This document shows positions 61,831 to 64,000 of a stretch of DNA of 64,000 bases, one piece after another. Every line of letters begins with the position of its first letter. Position 1 is the stretch's first letter. The notes beneath the pieces were generated by a model, which was not told the origin of the DNA, ran no database searches, and saw nothing but the letters and a program-made list of their open reading frames with translations. This DNA comes from an uncultured delta proteobacterium (GTDB lineage: Bacteria > Desulfobacterota > Binatia > UBA9968). The stretch is taken from NCBI GenBank assembly GCA_963760795.1, contig CAVXEP010000018.1, forward strand, positions 64,183 through 128,182, in the 5' to 3' direction. The translations under genes and the position numbers were made by a program.

Positions 61831-62819
61831 TCAATAATGCCCTTCATCGCCGCCGGCATCGCCGGGATCGGTGTCGAAGAACAACTCGTCGACGGTCATC
61901 TCTCTCTTGATCAGCCCCTGGTTGTGACAATAGCGAATGATCGTTTGGAGATTTTTACGATTCGCTTCGCCCAAGCCATAAACCCAGGGATCGGCGCCCA
62001 GCACTTTGCGTTCTTCCTGCCATTGATGAGCGAACCAGGCCAACGGCACGATGCGCGGGTTGACCACGCGCTGATAGCAAAGCTGTTTCGCCTTCTCGAA
62101 AGCCTTCGCCAAACTGACCGCCGCCCAGGGATACTTGTCGACGATCTCCTGCTTGATCACGGTCACATGCATGATCGGGAAGATCCCGGTTCGCTGAAAG
62201 TACTCGCGCTCGACGTCTTTATAGTTGGGAAACAAATAGGATACCCGCGGGTCGCCATTGACGATGGGCCGGGGAATATAGGGATTGATCATCGCCGGGA
62301 TCTCGCCCTCGGCGAGCATCGTGTCCATATGTTTTCCGCCGGGATCATCTCGATCTTCAACCCCGGTGGCGGCGTGAACTCGACGTCCTCGCTGCGATCG
62401 ACCACCCAGGTGATCGACTGATGCGGCACGCCGTACTGCTCTTCGAGGGTACCGCGCAGCCAGATATTGCCGGCCGGTTGAAAGTTGGTGCCGCCGACTC
62501 TTTTGCCGATCAAGTCCTTGGGCGACTTGATACCGGCGTTGACGTTGACAAATGCAAACCCATGGCGGAATCGCCGGTGCAGAAACACCGGGATGCTGGT
62601 CACGGCGACGCCATGCTCGCGCGCCATGAAATAAGCGCCGACGTTAAACTCGCAGACATCGTATTCAAGATTGCGCGCCATGCGCCAGTGGCGCTCCCGC
62701 GGACCATGGCTGGTCAAGACCACCAGCTCAAGGCCGTCCGCCTGCACCGTGCCGTCTTTGAGCGCGCGGATGATCTCGTAATCGCCGCAGGCGACCGAAA
62801 GTCGCAGCTTAGTAGACAT
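61831..62819 (-). CDS. 4,5-dihydroxyphthalate decarboxylase-like (Pht5/OphC family), frameshift near 62330
   Basis: ACGDY, IPVFLHRRFRH, TGIFPIMH, WVYGL..NR. Confidence 0.8.
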
Positions 62820-62852
62820 GATTACCCTATTCTCCCCGGTTTCGAATTCAAC

Positions 62853-62910
62853 TGTAGGGGCGACCGGCGGTCGCCCGTCCGAGCGGGCAGACACAGGGGT
62901 CTACCCCTAC
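62853..62910. repeat. GTAG-type REP doublet
   Basis: gtaggggcgaccggcggtcgccc...gggcagacacaggggtctacccctac. Confidence 0.75.
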
Positions 62911-62935
62911 AACAATACGTCCATCCCGCAGATCT

Positions 62936-63927
62936 TCACTGCCCGTACAGCTTCTGCACGAATCCTTCCTTTTCAATCTCATCGAGCAAGCTCATGTCGA
63001 CGAACTCGGTTGGGTTTCTTTGCCCGGCATTGATCGAGAGAAGAATATTCTTGATCCCATCCAGTTCCGTGCGCGGCGAGCGCGCCAGGCGGTCGGCGAA
63101 AAATTTGTAGGTTCCCTCAACCGCCTCGGCGTCGGTGATCTGTAATATTTACGGAGAATTCTCAGACTGCCCTCTTTGTTGGTCTTGACGTAGTGCATGC
63201 CCTCAATCTGACCTTTGAGAAATCCCTTGATCGCCCCGCGGTTTTGCTGCAATTCGGCACGCGTGACGATATTCGAAGTGTTGGTGAAAAAACCGAAGTC
63301 GCCGATGTCCGCGAGCACGTTCATGCCGAGCTTACGCGCCTGATAGATCTCCGGATAGGACTGCACCGTCGCATCGACCTTCTTGGTGATCAGCGCCGCC
63401 ATGCGCGCCGAAGTGCCACCGGTCTGCAACATGGAGATATCTTTGGGGTCCATTTTCCACGCTTTAATCGCCATCAGCACCGCGGCGTCGTTGGAGCCGC
63501 CGAAGCGATTGATGCCGATGACCTTGCCGCGCAGCTGCTGCGGCTCTTTGATCTCGGGGCGGGAGACCAACAGCATCGGCAACTTATTTTCCAAAGTTGC
63601 AATGATCACCACCGGCGCCCCCTGGTTCGCGCCAATCACCGCCGAAGAAGCTGCCGTCTGCGTCAGTTGCAAGCTGCCGCCGACCAGCGCCTGGATGTTG
63701 GGCGAGCCGGCTTGGATCAAAATAATCTCCAGATCGACGCCATGCTTCTTGCTGAAGCCCAACTCCCGATTCACCCATAACGGCAATTGGTAACCGGCGG
63801 TGCCGCCGTAGCTGACGCGAAAGCGCGCCGCCTCAGCCGCCAACGCAACCCGCGCAAGAATTCCCGAAGCCAGAATGAAAACCATCGCGCTGAGCAAAGC
63901 TTCTCTCGATCGTCTGGTCTTATTCAT
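62936..63927 (-). CDS. NMT1/SsuA-type ABC substrate-binding protein, frameshift near 63142
   Basis: Signal peptide, KKHGVDLE, QLRGKVIGINRFG; EIEKEGFVQKLYGQ in the alternative frame. Confidence 0.85.
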
Positions 63928-64000
63928 AAACGTCCCCTCAGGTTCACAGAACTCGGATAACCACTCGATAACATTTTCTCGGTGCGATTGTCGCGCCGAA

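Overview
GC-rich bacterial chromosomal window. Gene content (many NMT1/SsuA-type binding proteins, amidohydrolase_2 paralogues, cupins, UbiD, zinc-ribbon adenylate cyclase, dense intergenic repeats) resembles Candidatus Binatia genomes; this is inference only. 1-13 kb: minus-strand NRPS cluster (A-T; C-A-T-C-A-T; docking-C-A-T-C, running off the left edge). By-eye motif reading suggests unusual substrates: a keto/hydroxy-acid-type starter, Gly, a Lys2-like A domain and a beta-Ala/Ebony-like A domain. 13-16.5 kb: cyclase-AAA-TPR protein. 16.5-32.4 kb: putative aromatic/heterocycle catabolic region with three gentisate-dioxygenase-like bicupins, a NahE-like aldolase, a NicX/M29-like protein, amidohydrolases, an Fe-type ABC pair, and an orphan CbbQ/NorQ + CbbO/NorD chaperone pair carrying a His-rich insert with no Rubisco or NO reductase nearby. 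37.9-40 kb: carotenoid/stilbene cleavage oxygenase between ~95-bp direct repeats with attC-like hairpins. 40-64 kb: MetE-like enzyme, quinone reductase, amidohydrolases, Opp/Dpp ABC operon, UbiD, RlmD-like methyltransferase, Pht5-like decarboxylase and binding proteins. Many genes have single-base frameshifts, most likely assembly indels. Several palindromic and tandem repeat families occur, and some have entered coding sequences. No rRNA, tRNA, CRISPR array or intact transposase was seen.
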